Origin: Geosiphon pyriformis uo1
Lineage: Eukaryota; Fungi; Glomeromycota
Reading direction: 5' to 3'
Assembly: GCA_016748015.1 (NCBI GenBank)
Contig: JAAOMT010000096.1
Span: 62,001-126,000 of the forward strand
Length of the DNA stretch: 64,000 nt
The notes below the pieces were generated by a model, which saw only the letters and a program-made list of their open reading frames with translations, was not told where the DNA came from and made no database searches. This document shows, in pieces, positions 1-14,364 of the stretch. The translations under genes and the position numbers were made by a program. How positions within the stretch are numbered: position 1 is the first letter of the stretch; every line of letters begins with the position of its first letter.

Positions 1-1374
1 AATGCTGATGCCATTGATTTGGACAGGAACAGCTTTGGCTATGCCCAAACCTTTCTTTTTGTCACCATGTATATTGGTCATTGGTCTTGTAGACAGTTCA
101 TCAATTTTTCTGCCAATTGCTTCTAAGAAGTGTTTGGCAATAATGCTAACAAAAGATCTATTGTCCAGGATTAGATTAATGAAATAACCAGCCACTTGGA
201 CTTTACAAATAAAAGGGGTAACATTGCTGTTGTTAACAAGTCCAGCTTGGTGTAGACATTTGTTGGTCTTTGGTGTCTTTTTCTTGAGAATCAAAGATTT
301 GCAAAGGTTTTTTCTGAATTGAAAATGGGTTATTAACTGGCCAAAAGTAATGTAAACAGGCATTTCTATGAGATTTTTGACAACAAAATAAGATTCAGAT
401 TTTTGTACAATTTCTGAAAGTTCCAACTTTGAAGAATTCTTAAAAACTTTAGCCTTTGATGGTTTATTATTATTAACAATTGATTTGAACACTTTGTTTG
501 GGTCTAGAACAAAATCAATCTTGAGATTTTTCTTTTTTCTGGTTGATTCAGAGGTGTTAATTGCTAGTTCATTCATATTATGGTCATTATTAGTTAGGTT
601 AAAAGCATAAAAAAGGTTTTTTTCTGGTTGGCTTGTACTCTTACTTTTTGGAGATATGTCTACTAGTTTAAAGGCTGATAAACAATGGCTTCAACTAAGG
701 GATCCTCTTCAAAGAAATTGATGTTGGCATGATTGGGTTTTTAATTGAAACCATTGTTGTTGATGGTTCTGTTATTTTGATTGTCATTGTTTCTGGAAGC
801 TGGAGAATTGTTGCAATCTCTGAAGAAATGTTCAGTTAATCTACAATAATAACATACAGGTGGGCTACAATTTTGTTGTCTTTGATAAGGAAGTTGCTAA
901 GACTAATTAAAACAGAGTTCAAATTTGGGTCTTTGAGTTTGTTGATTTTTTCTGACTGCTTGAACTAAGAATTCTAATAACTGAACAAGATTGGCTGTGA
1001 GTCTATCTATTAATTGTTCATTGGGATCTGAAGTTTGAGCAGTAAAAGAAGTGGCAGCCATTTAGGGAGCAGGGGCCATAACAGAAGCAGAAGCAAAAAC
1101 TAAAAGTGTGAATTCCAAGTGCATTCTTTGATTGTTTTCAATTTGTTGGATTAGTTTAATAGCCATATCCATTGTGGAATTGTTTTTCAGGGCCAAAAGG
1201 GGCCAAAAAGTATATAAAAGATCAGTTCTTAATTCTTTTGTAAAGGAGTGAGTTTTCTGCTCTTCTGTTTAGTTTTTTTCAGAGTCTACTTACTTGATTA
1301 ACTTTCTAATTGCTTTTGCATATTTAGTTACAGCTTTACCAGAATCTTGGATTCTTCTTTCTAATTTTATACAT

Positions 1375-2342
1375 TGTAACCAAAGGTTTTAGTCTCTTTT
1401 CTTGAATGTTATTACTGTTTGTCTGTCATTAATTTCACGTTTTCTGGAAGCAATTGAACCTTTAATAACTGAATTTATCTTTAAATTATCTCTTATAATT
1501 TGAACTGTTGGGCTTATGAGTGGAATGGCCAATTCCTTGTCAGTTACTTTATGTAGTTATGTTGTAGTAAATGTCAACTTTTTCCTAGGAATTGTTCATC
1601 TGAAAGCTTACTAAAAATGTGTAACTACTTTGCTGTAAAAGTCAACTCTTCTACAGGAATCTCATCTGTAGGCTACCCTATAATTATGATAAGAAAAGAA
1701 AGAAAAATAAAAGAAATGTAAAAGAAATAGAATTTTATCAAGAAAAACGTTTTCTATTCAGGCCTGAAATTACTAACAGATTATTGAAATTGGTAGCTAA
1801 TTAATTTCAAAACGTTAGTTGTGTTGAGGGAATTTCAAGTATAATAATTTAAGAATTTGGTTTTCAAATACTTAATTTTTATTTGAATGTGTAAAAGGTG
1901 ATTTGTTTCAATTAAGATATCTAAAATAGAATACTATGGTAAGATACTATGAAAAAATACATTTTTTTGAAGAGAAAAGCTCTTCTTTTATACAACTTGT
2001 TATAATACTAGTCTTTGAACTTGCACTTTTCTCTTTGCTACAATTTGGGTGAACTAAAGATACATTTTGGTAAATTACAAGTTATTTCACTAAACTATTG
2101 ATTATTTTAGCCAATTTTTATTAATTTCGGCAAATTTTAACTATGTTAAATGGTTCAGAGTATTGTGTAATTTGATCATCTTAATTTTTAAAGTACAAAT
2201 CGAATTATTGATTGAGTAATGATATTTGATAATTTGATTAAATAATAAGTAATAATCAAAATAATAATAATATATGCTAATTAATAATAGGAATTATGAA
2301 GGTAATTTCGTGCTAATTAGTAACTAAATTCTGCTGGTAACA
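1375..2342 (-). repeat. 3' LTR of A1
   Basis: Starts TGTTACCAGC on the minus strand right after the PPT; collinear with 10265-11192. Confidence 0.93.
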
Positions 2343-3030
2343 TAATCTCTTCCCTAAGACTGAGTTCCATCGAAGTTCAAGTACTATCTGAAATGTTAAG
2401 ATAGTAGTTCAAGATAATTGAAGTGATCTGGCCTGACAATTGTTAAAATTTCAGTTCTGTAAGCTTTCTAATGTATTGAATCTTCATTGGATAGAGTATT
2501 GGATTTTGTAGGACGTTTTCACAAGTGTTGAATAAATTATAAAGTTTAGATACTGTTTTAAGTTTGTAGTAAGTATTTGTTAGTCCAGCTGCTGTTTTGA
2601 ATTTATTGTGAATTTGTTTTTGTATAGTCTCAGAAATGATGTTAGTTGCTTCAAGTTCCAGTTTTTGTTCATAAAGTGTTTTTCCAATATGAAAATATCT
2701 ATATATAAGAGTATGTTCATTGTTCTGTTCATTAAGAAATAGTAGAAGTTTTTGTTGAATTGTGGCATTTGGTGGCATGTCAATAGGGACAATTAAAAGA
2801 TTTTCTTTTAGTGCTTGCTTCAAAAGTTCTGGTAATCTATTTTTAGAGTGATCTCTTGTTTTTTTTCTATAGGGGTGATAGTTTTGAGAATTATTTACTA
2901 CTAAGGCTGTGATTTCTTTCTGAATGTAATTAATTTGACTTCCATTAATTGTTATGGATAAGTCAAAAAATGTTTTCAAGGCTAACATTAATTTTTGGGA
3001 TATTTGTTGATAATATTGACTAATTAATAA
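2317..3030 (-). pseudogene. Family A ORF3 (unknown accessory protein), A1 copy
   Basis: ORF 2443..2988 aligns with 36436..37155 (IYRYFHIGKTLY, FKT.AG, LY.LF.TCENVLQNPI). The frame continues past premature stops through the PPT into the LTR. Start approximate. Confidence 0.85.
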
Positions 3031-3189
3031 AGAGAAAAAAAAATAAAGAAAATTATTTTTGGATATTGGGTTTTTATTTGTTTTTGGGTTTGAGTGTTTC
3101 TTGTAATTATTTACTATTTTGTTTTTATGTTTGTATATTTTAGAAGTGATTATTAAAAATGTTAAATTAAGTATTCAAGTTTGATTGTT

Positions 3190-4552
3190 GTTCTATTATA
3201 ACTATTGGTTCTAAATTTTGAAAAATATTTTCAGAATTAACTAAAGAAAAATGTGTACCAATTTGTGAAATTAATAGTTCAGAATTGTTTCTGGAATAAT
3301 AGTGTTTCAATCTATCTCCATGTGCAACTTTTGCTAGTACTTTGTCATCAAGTCTTAATTTGTATGATCTATTACCTAAGATTTCGTGAATATAAAATGG
3401 TCTATCCTATTTATGTTCAAATTTTCCACTCCATTGTTTTTTAATCTTAGTTTTATATAAGAGAACTTTATTTTCAACTTTAAATTCATTGGTAACTGGT
3501 GGCAATTTGTTGTCATGCCTTTCTTTTTGTAAGACTTGAGAGTATTTAATATGAGAGGCTGCTATGTGTCTTTTTCTTTCTAATGTACTAAGGAAAGTGT
3601 AGGCTCTTCTTTGGAGTGTTTTTTGCAAGTTTTCTTCATTGATTGGTTGTACTGGGTATGTTTTCACTGTGAAATTAATTGGTAATGTTACTGTTCTTCT
3701 ATAAGTAAAATCAAATGGTATGTGTTTCATAGTATCTTGTTTTAGTGTTTTATATGCTAGTAACACTGATGGAATAAAGATATTCTATTCCTGCTCAAAA
3801 TTTGTTAAGACTTTGGCTAATAATTTACACAATGTTCTGTTGAAATGTTCTACAAGTCTATTTGTTTGAAGGTAATAAAGTAATGATAAAAGTCTCTTGA
3901 CATTGAATTATTCACAAATTTCTTGTATTAAGTTGTTTACAAAATGTGTTCTTTAATCTAATAAAAGTTCAATTGGGCATCCATGTCTACAAATAATGTC
4001 TTTATAGATAAAATTTGCTACTGATTTTGCATCTGCTCTTTGAATGGCTCTAGCTTCAGATCATTTGGTAAGATAATCTACTACAACTGCAATATAACAA
4101 TTTCCTTGGGTTGTGATAAGTAATGGTTTGACTAAATCAATTTCAATTCTGTCAAAAGATTGTCCAACTTTGATTGGATTTAGAGGTTCTGTAAGGCGAG
4201 TTCCTTTTCTTTTTTGACAACTATTACAAGATTCTACATATTGTTAAATGTTTTTTTGCATATAAGACCAAAAATAATGTTCAAAAATTCTTTGAATTGT
4301 TCCATCTCTTCCCAAGTGTCCTGATAAAAAATCTGTGTGCATGTTGTATAGGATTGTTTTTTTTTCATTTTCCTGTACTAGTCTAAATAGTTGGTTTGGG
4401 TTTCTATGATTTTTGTAATAAATTTTGTTATGGTATATAAAATATTGTTTGGATTGGTGTTGTAATCAATGTTTTTCATTTGGAGACCAATTTTCTGATA
4501 TGGTAAGAGTCTCTAAATAGTTTTTAAGATTGTTGTAATTTCTGAAATTCAT
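3190..4552 (-). pseudogene. Integrase of A1 (separate ORF, own ATG at 4552)
   Basis: MNFRNYNNLKNYLE start; HHCC and DDE-core remnants; ORF 3407..3766 MLLAYKTLKQDTMKHIPFDFTY matches the A4 integrase. Confidence 0.88.
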
Positions 4553-4599
4553 TGTTGTTTTGTTAGTAGTAATAAGTTGTAATGAAATTGTTGGTAGTG

Positions 4600-7500
4600 T
4601 TAATCTTGTCTTATTCTTGAGAGACTATTAATATTGGTGTGTAATTTTTTTGGTTTGTGGTGTACAATATATTTGTAGTCTGTTAGGAAATCATTCCATT
4701 AAGACTGTTTGGCACTTTGTTCAGTTTTCTTTTTATTGAGCCATTTAAAACCAATATTGTCAGTTATGATATCAAATTTTTTTCTATTTTTTAGGTATTG
4801 CTGAAAATATTTAATAGCCCAAATAATTGCAGCAGCTTTTAATTCAGTTAAGCCATATTTGAGTTCTGTTGACTTGAATGTTCTACTGGCATAGACAATG
4901 ACTTGCTCCTGGCTATTTTCATCCAATTGTGATAAGATAGTACCAAATGCTATATGTGAAGCATTAGTGGCTAGTTGAAATCATTTGTTGAAATCTGAAT
5001 AAACAAAAACTGGAGCTGTTGTTAATTTTGTCTTGAGAGTTTCAAAAGCTTTTTGTTGTTCTTTAGTTCATTGGTATAGCACATTTTTGTTGATAAGATA
5101 ATTGAGTAGTTTGGCAATTTCTGAGAATCTTTTTATGAATTTTCAATAGTAAGAGGCTAATCCTATAAATTCTCATAGTTCTGTAGTATTTTTGGAGATT
5201 TGAAAGTTTTTGACAACACTAATTGTTTCAAAGTTTGGTTTGACTTCATCTTTGCTAACAATGTGTCCAAGAAAGATTAGGCTTGTTTTTCCAAAATAAT
5301 ATTTCTCAATGTTTAACTTCAATTCTGTTTTCTGTAATCATTGAAAAACTTCTCACAAGTGAATAAAATAAGCTTCAAAGTTTGGTGAGTATACATTAGT
5401 GTTATCAAGATAGACAACTACTGATTGCCATAAGAGTCCTTTATATACAACATCCATGAGTTATTGGAATGTTGCTGGTGTATTGCAGAGTTCAAAAAGC
5501 ATAACATTGAATTCATAGTTTCCTTTTTGAGTGGTAAATGCTGTTTTGGGTTGATTTTTTGGGTTTATTTCGACTTGTTAATATCCATTTTCCAAGTCTA
5601 AAGTTGAAAAAAACTTGGCTTTTCTTAAAGCATCTAACATGTTATCAATTTTTGGAAAAAGATAGACATCTCCAATTGTAACACTATTCAATTGTCAATA
5701 GTCAACACAAAATCTGATTTTTCCATTTTTTTTTTAATAAGAACTACTGGTAAGACCCATGGACTTCTTGATGATTGAATCAATCCGTTATTAAGCATTC
5801 CTTGGATTTTTTCTCTAATAAATTGGTAGCTAGCAGGTAGAACTTAATAGACTTGTTATTGTTTTAGTAAAGCATCTCCTGTATAGATCTAATGTTGAAC
5901 AATATCAGTTTTTTCAAGGTCATTGTTGTTTTTTGCAAATATATTTGCAAATTCAGCTTTTAGCTGTTTTAATTGTCTTTGTTATTGGGGTTCTAAGGAA
6001 CCCATGTTGATTCGAAAGAGTTTTTCTTCCAAAAGATGGTAGTTTTCAATGGTAGGAATGATGTTCGGATTTAGAAGTAATATATGTTTTATAATTTCGA
6101 TAAAATTAGAGACAATTTGAGGGTTTTTATTTTGAAAGATGTTACTGTATATGATTCCAATCTCTAATTTTTTTAATAAGACAATAAGGTAATTATTGGG
6201 GTTGTAGAATGTAACTTGAAATTTTTTTATTCCTTTGGGAATATAAATATTTGGGATTGAGATTTCATGCTTCAAACAAATTTGTTCATTGGACTTAAAG
6301 ATTTGTTGCGTAGTGGTGGGTTTTGAGCAAATGTAAATTTCGTAATGTTTTCCAAAAGGTGAAATAGTAATTGGTTGAGGAAGTTAAAGAATCTGGTGGG
6401 ATTTATTCTGTGCATTGAGAGCTATGTTTACTGGTACTGTAAATCGTTCAGTTGAACCAAAACCTTGTATTTTTTTTTTACTTTTTCCCAATTGTTCTCT
6501 GTTGTTAACTGATTGTAAACCCGAAATGTTGATTAAAGATAAATAAATTGCTTGGGCAATCTTTTTGGCATGTTCAATCTTGAATGGTTTGTCTGTTTCA
6601 TTTTGCAACATGATGATAATGTCTCCAGTATATTCTACATCTATGACTCCTCCTTTAACATTGATTCCTTTGCTTGCCAATGATAATCTGGATGCAATTT
6701 GAACCATTGCTTTAGGTGAAATTTCAAGAGCAATTTTGAGATTGATTTTTGTCAAGAACTTTGGTTGGAGAACCAAGATATCTTTTCTTGGGTATCTTAG
6801 ATCATATCCAGCATCAATCTCGTATGCTTTTTCTGGTCTGATTCCTTGGCTATAGTTGTCAAAATATTTAAGTTGTAGAGGTGATTGATTTTCAAGAAGA
6901 TAGATGAGAGTGATTGGTAGTTCTTTTATCAGTTTAGATACTCTAAATTCGATTTCATTTTCATCATTCTCATCTGGCAAGAGAATGCTAAAAGCATAGC
7001 ATTCTAAACACCATTGATCATCACAAAACATAACACATTCTTTACATAATTGAATGTTCATTTGCTTTAATCATTGAATTTGAGCTTCTTTGGTTGGGTA
7101 TATATGACTTGCAATTTGGTGGTAGGTTTCTACTTTATTTTCATAATCAAATTCAGCTAATTCTATAGTATATTTAATGTATTCAGTTTCTTTCATTTGG
7201 TGGACATCTTTTTGGGTGGCTCTATTGATTAATGCTATTGCTAAGTCAAAAATTATTTCAGTATCATGAGAGTAGTAGTAGAGTTTATTGAGAGCACTGT
7301 TGTATGCTGCATCAAATAGTGTTCTTTTTCTGACTTTTTCCGAGATTGATAAAGCATATTAACAGGTTTGATCATATATTCCTCTTCTTATTGCAACATC
7401 AATCCAGTTGTATTTTTCTGGTAGTATATTTCCATATGTGAGACAAGAAGTGTTGTTTCATTTTTTACTTCTTTTTGGAAATTCAAATCATTCTCTATGA

Positions 7501-10219
7501 CATACTTTGCAAAAGTAGCAGGTGTGAGTTTCATATTCCTCTTCTGAGGAAATACAGACTTTCATAAATAAAAGCTTCTTTTTGCAATCTTTGCATTTTA
7601 GTGAAATGTATGGTGGTTCTTTTCATGGTTCTAGTATAGAATACCAAACTTTTTTCCATCCTCTGGTTTTTTCAAAAATTTCTTGTTTTGTTTTTTCAGC
7701 CCAATTGGATATTAATCCAAGAGCCATGTAAGTCTCAGTAAGTGATATTTCTTTCTTCTCCTTAAATTTGAATACTGGGGCTTTTTCTGATCATTTGTTA
7801 AAAGTATTACAAGTAGCAGATACTATGGTGTATTGTTCTTGGTATAAGATTTTTAGTTCCTGAGTTTCCCAGTCTAAGTTTGCATTGGTCTTAAGAAGCC
7901 AATCATTTTTAACAAGAGCTTGATATTGGGTGTATCCATGACTAGAACTTTGACTGGAATAGTAATTCTATCAATAGTGAATGGGAAGTTGTCAATTTCT
8001 CCTACTGGTGTCTTTTTTATACCATTTGCTATAACAATTACTGTTTGGGCTGGTCTGTTGACATTTTAATTGAGTTGTTGTATTAATTGGTAGGTGATAA
8101 TACTTTCAGTGAATCTACTGTCTAGAATTAATTGAATGGGTTTTCCTTCTACTGTAGCTTCAGTGTACATGACAGTGATAGCTTTTTGCTCATTGATTGC
8201 TGCATTGCTAAGCAAGAATAATGATTCATTTGCTTCAAATTCGAATAAGAATATATCTAAAAGATTGGCATTTTAGGCAATTTGGGCTGGTAGAATAATA
8301 TTGTTGGAAGAATTTGATCTTGGTGCTGCAACTTCACTTTCAGAAAGTGCAGTTTGTTGAAAATCCGATTTTTCTTGTATTGTTAAATAACTGGGTTAAG
8401 TGTGAAACTGAGTAGGTCTTTGTTGAACAGAATTTCAGAGAACTAGTTGATTATTGGGGTTAAATCTGTTGTGGTTTGTTAAAAAACGGTTTTGTGGTGT
8501 GAATTGGTTTTGTTGAACCAATCTTCTGGCTGGTACTTGATATTGTTGAATAGATGGTGTTTGATATTGCTGAATTGGTAAAAGTTGCTAATATTGTTGC
8601 TGTATTGGTTGTGGAGCTGGTTGATAGTAATTGTTTTGATTTTGTGGTCTTGGTAGATAATAAGTTGGTAATGGAGATTGGTAATAAGATTGTTGTGGTA
8701 AAGAGTAACATTGATTACTTCTGTTTTGTTGGTCTCTTTGCAATTTTCTGCAATCTCGTTTCCAGTGTCTTGAGATTCCACAATAATGACAATTTTGAGA
8801 TTGGTTGTTGGATGGCGATCCAAAATTGTTTTGGTTGTATTGTTGTGGTGGTTAATATTTTTGTAGTTGCTGTTGTTGTTGTTGTTGATTTCTAAAGTAG
8901 TTTTCAACCTTTTTTGTAAGTTGATCTATTTTTTTCAGCTGCTGAGCTGGTTTCTCTAATAGCTAGGTTGACAAGTTTGATGTGATTTGCTTCTTCTATT
9001 GTTATTTTATAATTCTTTGTATGTCTAATGGCAGTAATTAAGTCTTTTGGAGCATGTGGACAAACTTTTTTAATGAGTTTGTTTTTTAATTCTGTTATGA
9101 ACTGATCCAAAATCTAGGCATCAGAATAGTATTTATTGGTTTCCAATTGTCAAATTTGTCAAAGAAGTTTGTTGAATCTCTCAAGATAAGTCATAACAGT
9201 TTCAGATGTTTCTTGCTTGATATTACAAAAGTGATTGCAGAGAGTAATAAAGATGTTGTTGTCAGTGAATTGTTGTAAGAAAGCATCTTTGAATGCTTGC
9301 TAGTTTTCAAATAGTTCTTCTAAGTTTTCAAACCATTTTTCTGCAGTTTTTTGGAGAAAATATAGGATTGTTTTGAGCATTCTTGCTGCATTTCAACCAT
9401 TTGCATCTCCTGTTTTCTGAACTTTGTCAAGTCATTCTTGAGGGCTGGTATCATTGTCTTTACTAGTGAATTCTGGAATCTTTGCAATATAAGCAGTTGT
9501 TATTTCTTTTTTATTTTCTGTGGTTCCTTCTTGTTTTGATTTAGTTTTTTTACTTTTCAAGTTTTCTGAATAATTATTTTTATTTTTCTGTAAGTAATCA
9601 ATAATATTGGTGCTTGTTGATATGAGTTCCTGCTGTTAAGTAAGATTTCTAGGTGACTGATAATCTTTTGGTCTGGAAAAATAGTTAAGTGGTGAATTTG
9701 GTGTTTGTAATTGAACAAGTGAAATTGGAAATAGTGTAATAGAAAGTGGTAATTTGATATTGGTTTCTTGTTTAGGCATTTGTAAGTGTTTGGTAGTTGT
9801 TCTTAGTGTTTTTGAAGTATTTGGAGTGGTACTTAAGTATTGTTTCAGTTTCTGTTTGCCTTTGTTGCTTGTTTCTGTCTCTGATTTAAAGTCAATAGAG
9901 TATTTAGACTGTACTAGATATGTTTCTTTACAATACTTGATAATGTTAAAATTAAGTTCTTGAAAGTAGGTGGCAAGTGTTCACTGTTAAGATCTTCAGT
10001 TTCCAACTGTAAATAGTGCACTAAATTATTGTAAAAATTGCTTCTAATTTCTAAAATGTTGTAATCTCCAAGAAGATAATTGTTAATGCAGTTTTCAATA
10101 TACTGGTAAAGTGTTTTCTTAACAATTTCAATTCCGTCTGGAATGTTGAATTTCTGCTTGCAATGGGTGTAAATTGACTGATAATACTCTAGAGTTGTTG
10201 TGTCTGATGTGGTCACCAC
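4600..10219 (-). pseudogene. Gag-PR-dUTPase-RT-RNaseH polyprotein of A1, disrupted
   Basis: Fragments: gag (9914..10219, 8904..9110), dUTPase (DAGYDL, ASRLSLA, GVIDVEYTGDI, IAQAI, GFGST in 6384..7061), RT (VYLDNTNV near 5395-5417), RNase H (VIVYASRT..ELKAAAIIWAI, 4699..4926). Confidence 0.92.
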
Positions 10220-10264
10220 TTTGAATTTGTTGTTGTTATATTATTTCTGTGGAAGAGCACCAAA

Positions 10265-11192
10265 TATTACTGGAAGTTTTTGGTCTCTTTTCTTGAATGT
10301 TGTTACTGTTTGTCTGTTGTTAATTTTATGTTTTCTGAAAACAATTGAATCTCTAATAACTGAATTTATCTTCAAATTATCTCTTATAATTTGAACTGCT
10401 GGGCTTATGAGTAAAATGGCCAATTTTTTGCCAGTTACTTTATGTAGTTATGTTGTAGTAAACATCAACTCTTTCCCAGAAATTGCTCATCTAAAAGCTC
10501 ACTAAAAATGTGTAGTTACTTTGCTGTGAAAGTCAACTCTTCTACAGAAATTTCGTCTATAGGCTTTTCTAATGATTATGATAAAAAAAGTAAAAGAAAA
10601 TAAAAAAAATATAAAAGAAATAGAATTTTATCAAAGGAAACGTTTTCTATCCAGGCCTGAAATCACTAACAGTTTACTGAAATTGGTAGTTAATCAATTT
10701 CAAAATGTTAGTTGTGTTGGAAGAATTTCAAATGTAATAATTTTAAGGATTTGGTTTTCAAATATTTACTTTTTATTTTAATGTGTAAAAAATGATTTGT
10801 TCCAATTAAGATATCTAAAGTAAAGTACTGTGATAAGATACTATGAAAAGATACATTTTTTTGAAGAGAAAAGCTCTTCTTTTATACAACTTGCTGTAGT
10901 ACTAGTCTTTGAACTTGCACTTTTCTCTTTGCTACAATTTGGGTGAACTAAAGATACATTTCGGTGAACTACAAGTTATTTCACTGAACTATTGATTATT
11001 TCGGCCAATTTCTATTAATTTCGGCGAATTTTAATTTCTAGAGTACAAATCGGATTATTGATTGAGTAATAATATTTGATAATTTGATTAAATAATAAGT
11101 GATAATCGAAATAATAATAATATATGCTAATTAATAATAGGAATTATAAAGGTAATTTTGTGCTAATTAGTAGCTAAATTTTGCTGATAACA
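10265..11192 (-). repeat. 5' LTR of A1
   Basis: TGTTATCAGC...TCCAGTAATA, followed by TT and the PBS. Confidence 0.93.
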
Positions 11193-12074
11193 ACACCATT
11201 TGGATATTAAGATAGGAGTTCTAAATTTCATTTCAAACTGGATAGTAAAAGAGATGTTGTCTTCTTCAGTATTTGCTAGTACCCATCTAATGATTCTTTG
11301 CTGAGCATTGGCATTGGTTTTTTGTGAGAACCAAGTAGCAGGAGAGCCTTGAAAATAGCCATCAACAATTTAGAACTTGTATTCATTATTATATTGGTTG
11401 GCTATGGCCATTTTCTCAAAGTTATCTAATTATTTAATTGGATCTAGTGCATTATCTCTAAATAATGGTAGTGGGATATTGTTTCTTCATTCTAAAGCAG
11501 TTTGTATGTCTTGGAGGGCAATTAGGATGTTTTGTTGTATAGAATCATTAGCTATTGGTTTAGGGGTAACTGTTTGTGTAGATGAATTTGATTTACTTAA
11601 TAAAAGGTCAAAAACAGGAGCAGTTTGGTAGCTTTTTTTTTTGTTTCAAAGGAAGTTTCAGTTGCTTAATAGACAGCAATCCAAATGTAAATTTGATGAT
11701 TCAGATATTTAAAATCAGAGAGCTGTTGTTCAAAAATTGTGGAGTATAAAAGCTAATTGATACTATTGTTTTTTTCTTCAAAGTTGTCTTCAAAATAAGC
11801 TTGGTCAAAGTAATAAGTTATATAAGCTGTATAGATTTCAGCTAAAGGCTTGTTTAGAAACCAGTTCCAAAAGTTTTGGAATTGTCTACTGGATTGTTTT
11901 TCAATGGAAAAGCAAATCAAGCAGAAGGACAAAAGATTGAGTTTAATAAAGTCTAGATTATTTTTGTTGTGTGCTTCAAAGTATTCTTTTAATTGTTGTG
12001 ACAAATATAAATAATCACTCATACAATAGAAAACAAGATGGATTTTGACAACCTCACAAGGAGTACCACTTTTA

Positions 12075-12742
12075 TGTTATGAATTGGAATAACAAGCTAA
12101 TGGATAGCGAATGAGAACAGAATTGTAGAGTAATGGAAATAATCAAAAAGATTTCAACTTCAATGAGTAAATTGAATAAATATGGATTCAATGTACAAGA
12201 TCAGTTTTATAAAATATCTCAGTCACTATACTTTTCAAAAGATAACTGAAGAATCTGAAGGTAGAGGAGTAGTCCATACTGTCAACAAATGATCATGTCT
12301 GATATAATTCTATGCCTTATATTGGTGCTCTTAAAATTCAATATCAGGTATCAGATATATTTTTCAGTCACATTTTATTTAATAATCTTCAAATGCTGCA
12401 ATTACACGTTTCAGGAAAAAGGTAAAGAATAACCAACAAGTAATTTTTTATCCCAAGATGTTCAAATACTTGAAAGTAGGAAAAGAGAAATTTGTAATAA
12501 AAAAATGATTAAGATAAAAGTTGTTATTTTATTTATTTTTCTTTCTTTAATTCTTACATATTTTTCTATAGCTAAGAGATTCATTGCTTATATAGTTATC
12601 AAAAGTAATCAATAATCAGGTTAATGGTTAGGTCATTAATTAGGTTAATGATCACTTTCTAAAAATAGAATGACTAATTTATATAATATTAGTGGCTAAT
12701 ACATGTAATAATTAATAAGAAGTATAAGTTTTAACCATAACA
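12075..12742 (-). repeat. 5' LTR of B1
   Basis: TGTTATGGTT...ATAACA; homologous to the solo LTR at 42557-43234. Confidence 0.88.
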
Positions 12743-14364
12743 ATATAATTACTTTGCAGTAAAAGTCAACTCTTTTTCAGAAATTGTTTATTTAAAAGCT
12801 TATAAAAAATGTCTAGTTATTTTGCTATAAAAGTCAACTTTTTTACAGAAATCTTATCTGTAAACTATCTTAATATATATAATAAAAAATGTAAAAAAAA
12901 CATAAAAAAAAAAAATTTTATTAAAAAAATCATTTTTAGTTTAAATCTAAAATTACTAACAAATTATTAAAATTGGTAGCTAATTAATTTCAAAATATTA
13001 ATTAAGAATTGATGAATTTTAAGTGTAATAATTTAAAAAATTTGTTTTTTAAAGTATTTGTTTTATTAATTTATATATATAAAAATGATTTTAAATAAAA
13101 TAATTCTAAATAAAATTATTATTTCAAGATAAGATATATTTTTTCAAAGAGAAAAACTCTTCTTTTATACAATTTATTATAGTATTAGTTTTTGAATTTG
13201 CGCTTTTTTTTTGGCTATAATTTTAATAAATTTAAAAATATATTTTAAACTACAAATTGTTCCTATAAATTATAAATTATTTTGGGTAAATTATTAAATT
13301 ATTTTACAAAATTCTATAAAATTTAGCAAATTCTTGAATGTTATAAAGTTTAGAATATTGCATAATTTAATTATCACAATTTGTGTATTATATAAATCAA
13401 GTTATTAATTAGGTAGTAATATTTAATAATTTAATTAAATAATAAGTAATAATTGAAACAATAATAATATATGTTAATTGATAATAAAAATTATAAAAAT
13501 AATTTTATGTTAATTAATAATTAAAATTCTATTAATAACATAATTTTTTTTTAAGATTGAGTTTTATTAAAGTCCAAGTACTATCCATAATATTAAGATA
13601 ATAATCCAAAATTATTGATGTAATTTAATTTGAAAATTATTGAAATTTCACTTCTGTAAGCTTGTCAATATATTGTATTTTTATTAGTTGAAATATTGAA
13701 TTTTATAGGATATTTTTACAAGTATTGAATAAATTATGAAGTCTAAAAGCTATTTTAAGTCTGTAGTGAGCATTTATTTATCTAATTATTGTATTAAATT
13801 CATTGTGAATTTGTTTTTATATAGCTTCAAAAATAAAATTAGTTGTTTTAAGTTTCAGTTTTCATTGATACAATGTTTTTTTAATTTGAAAATATCAATA
13901 AATAGAGGTATATTTACTGTTTTTATTAAGATATATTTAAAATTTTTGTTGTATTATAATATTTAGGAAAATGTTAATAAGAATAAACAATAAGTTTTTT
14001 TTAAAATTTGTTTTAAAAGTTCTAATAAGTAACTTTTAGAATAACTTCTTGTGTTTTTTCTATAAGAATAATAATTTTGCAAATTATTTACTATTAAAAC
14101 TATAGTTTTTTTCTAAATATTATTAATTTGACTTCTATTAATTATTATAAATAAGTTAAAAAATGTTTTTAAGACTAATATTAATTTTTTAAATATTTGC
14201 TAAATATTTCAAAAAATAAGTATTATAAAATAAAAATAATAATAATATTTTAGAAAAATAAAAAAAAATTATTTTTGGGTATTAAAATTTTTATATATTT
14301 TTTGGTTTAATTGTTTTTTTTATAGTTATTTTACTATTTTTGTTTAATATTTTTGTGTTATTTT

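Larger units (their letters stand above)
1375..11192 (-). mobile_element. Full-length Ty3/Gypsy LTR retrotransposon, family A, copy A1 (pseudogenised)
   Basis: Two similar LTRs (10265-11192 and 1375-2342). PBS TGGTGCTCTTCCAC follows the 5' LTR and PPT AGGGAAGAGA precedes the 3' LTR. 4-bp TSD ACAT(1371-1374)/ACAC(11193-11196). Domain order gag-PR-dUTPase-RT-RH-IN. Confidence 0.95.
1..12742 (-). mobile_element. Ty3/Gypsy family B, copy B1 (5' LTR, PBS, gag, protease; interrupted by A1; runs off the window start)
   Basis: LTR 12075-12742, PBS TGGTACTCCTTGTGAGG, gag ATG at 12022. Removing A1 rejoins FEMKFRTPILISKWC|IKLERRIQDSGKAVTKYAKAIRKL (Retrotrans_gag-like). Knuckle CYYCRLTEHFFRDC at ~815-857; protease-like LILDNRS at ~155-177. 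Confidence 0.88.

Noticed and set aside
6384-7061. Host dut gene
   Set aside because: It is in frame within retrotransposon Pol and repeated in each family A copy covering that region.
8554-8895. Val/Leu-rich antisense ORFs (also 29575..29844, 30678..30914 and similar)
   Set aside because: Shadows of the CAA-rich gag and LINE coding strands; no independent support.
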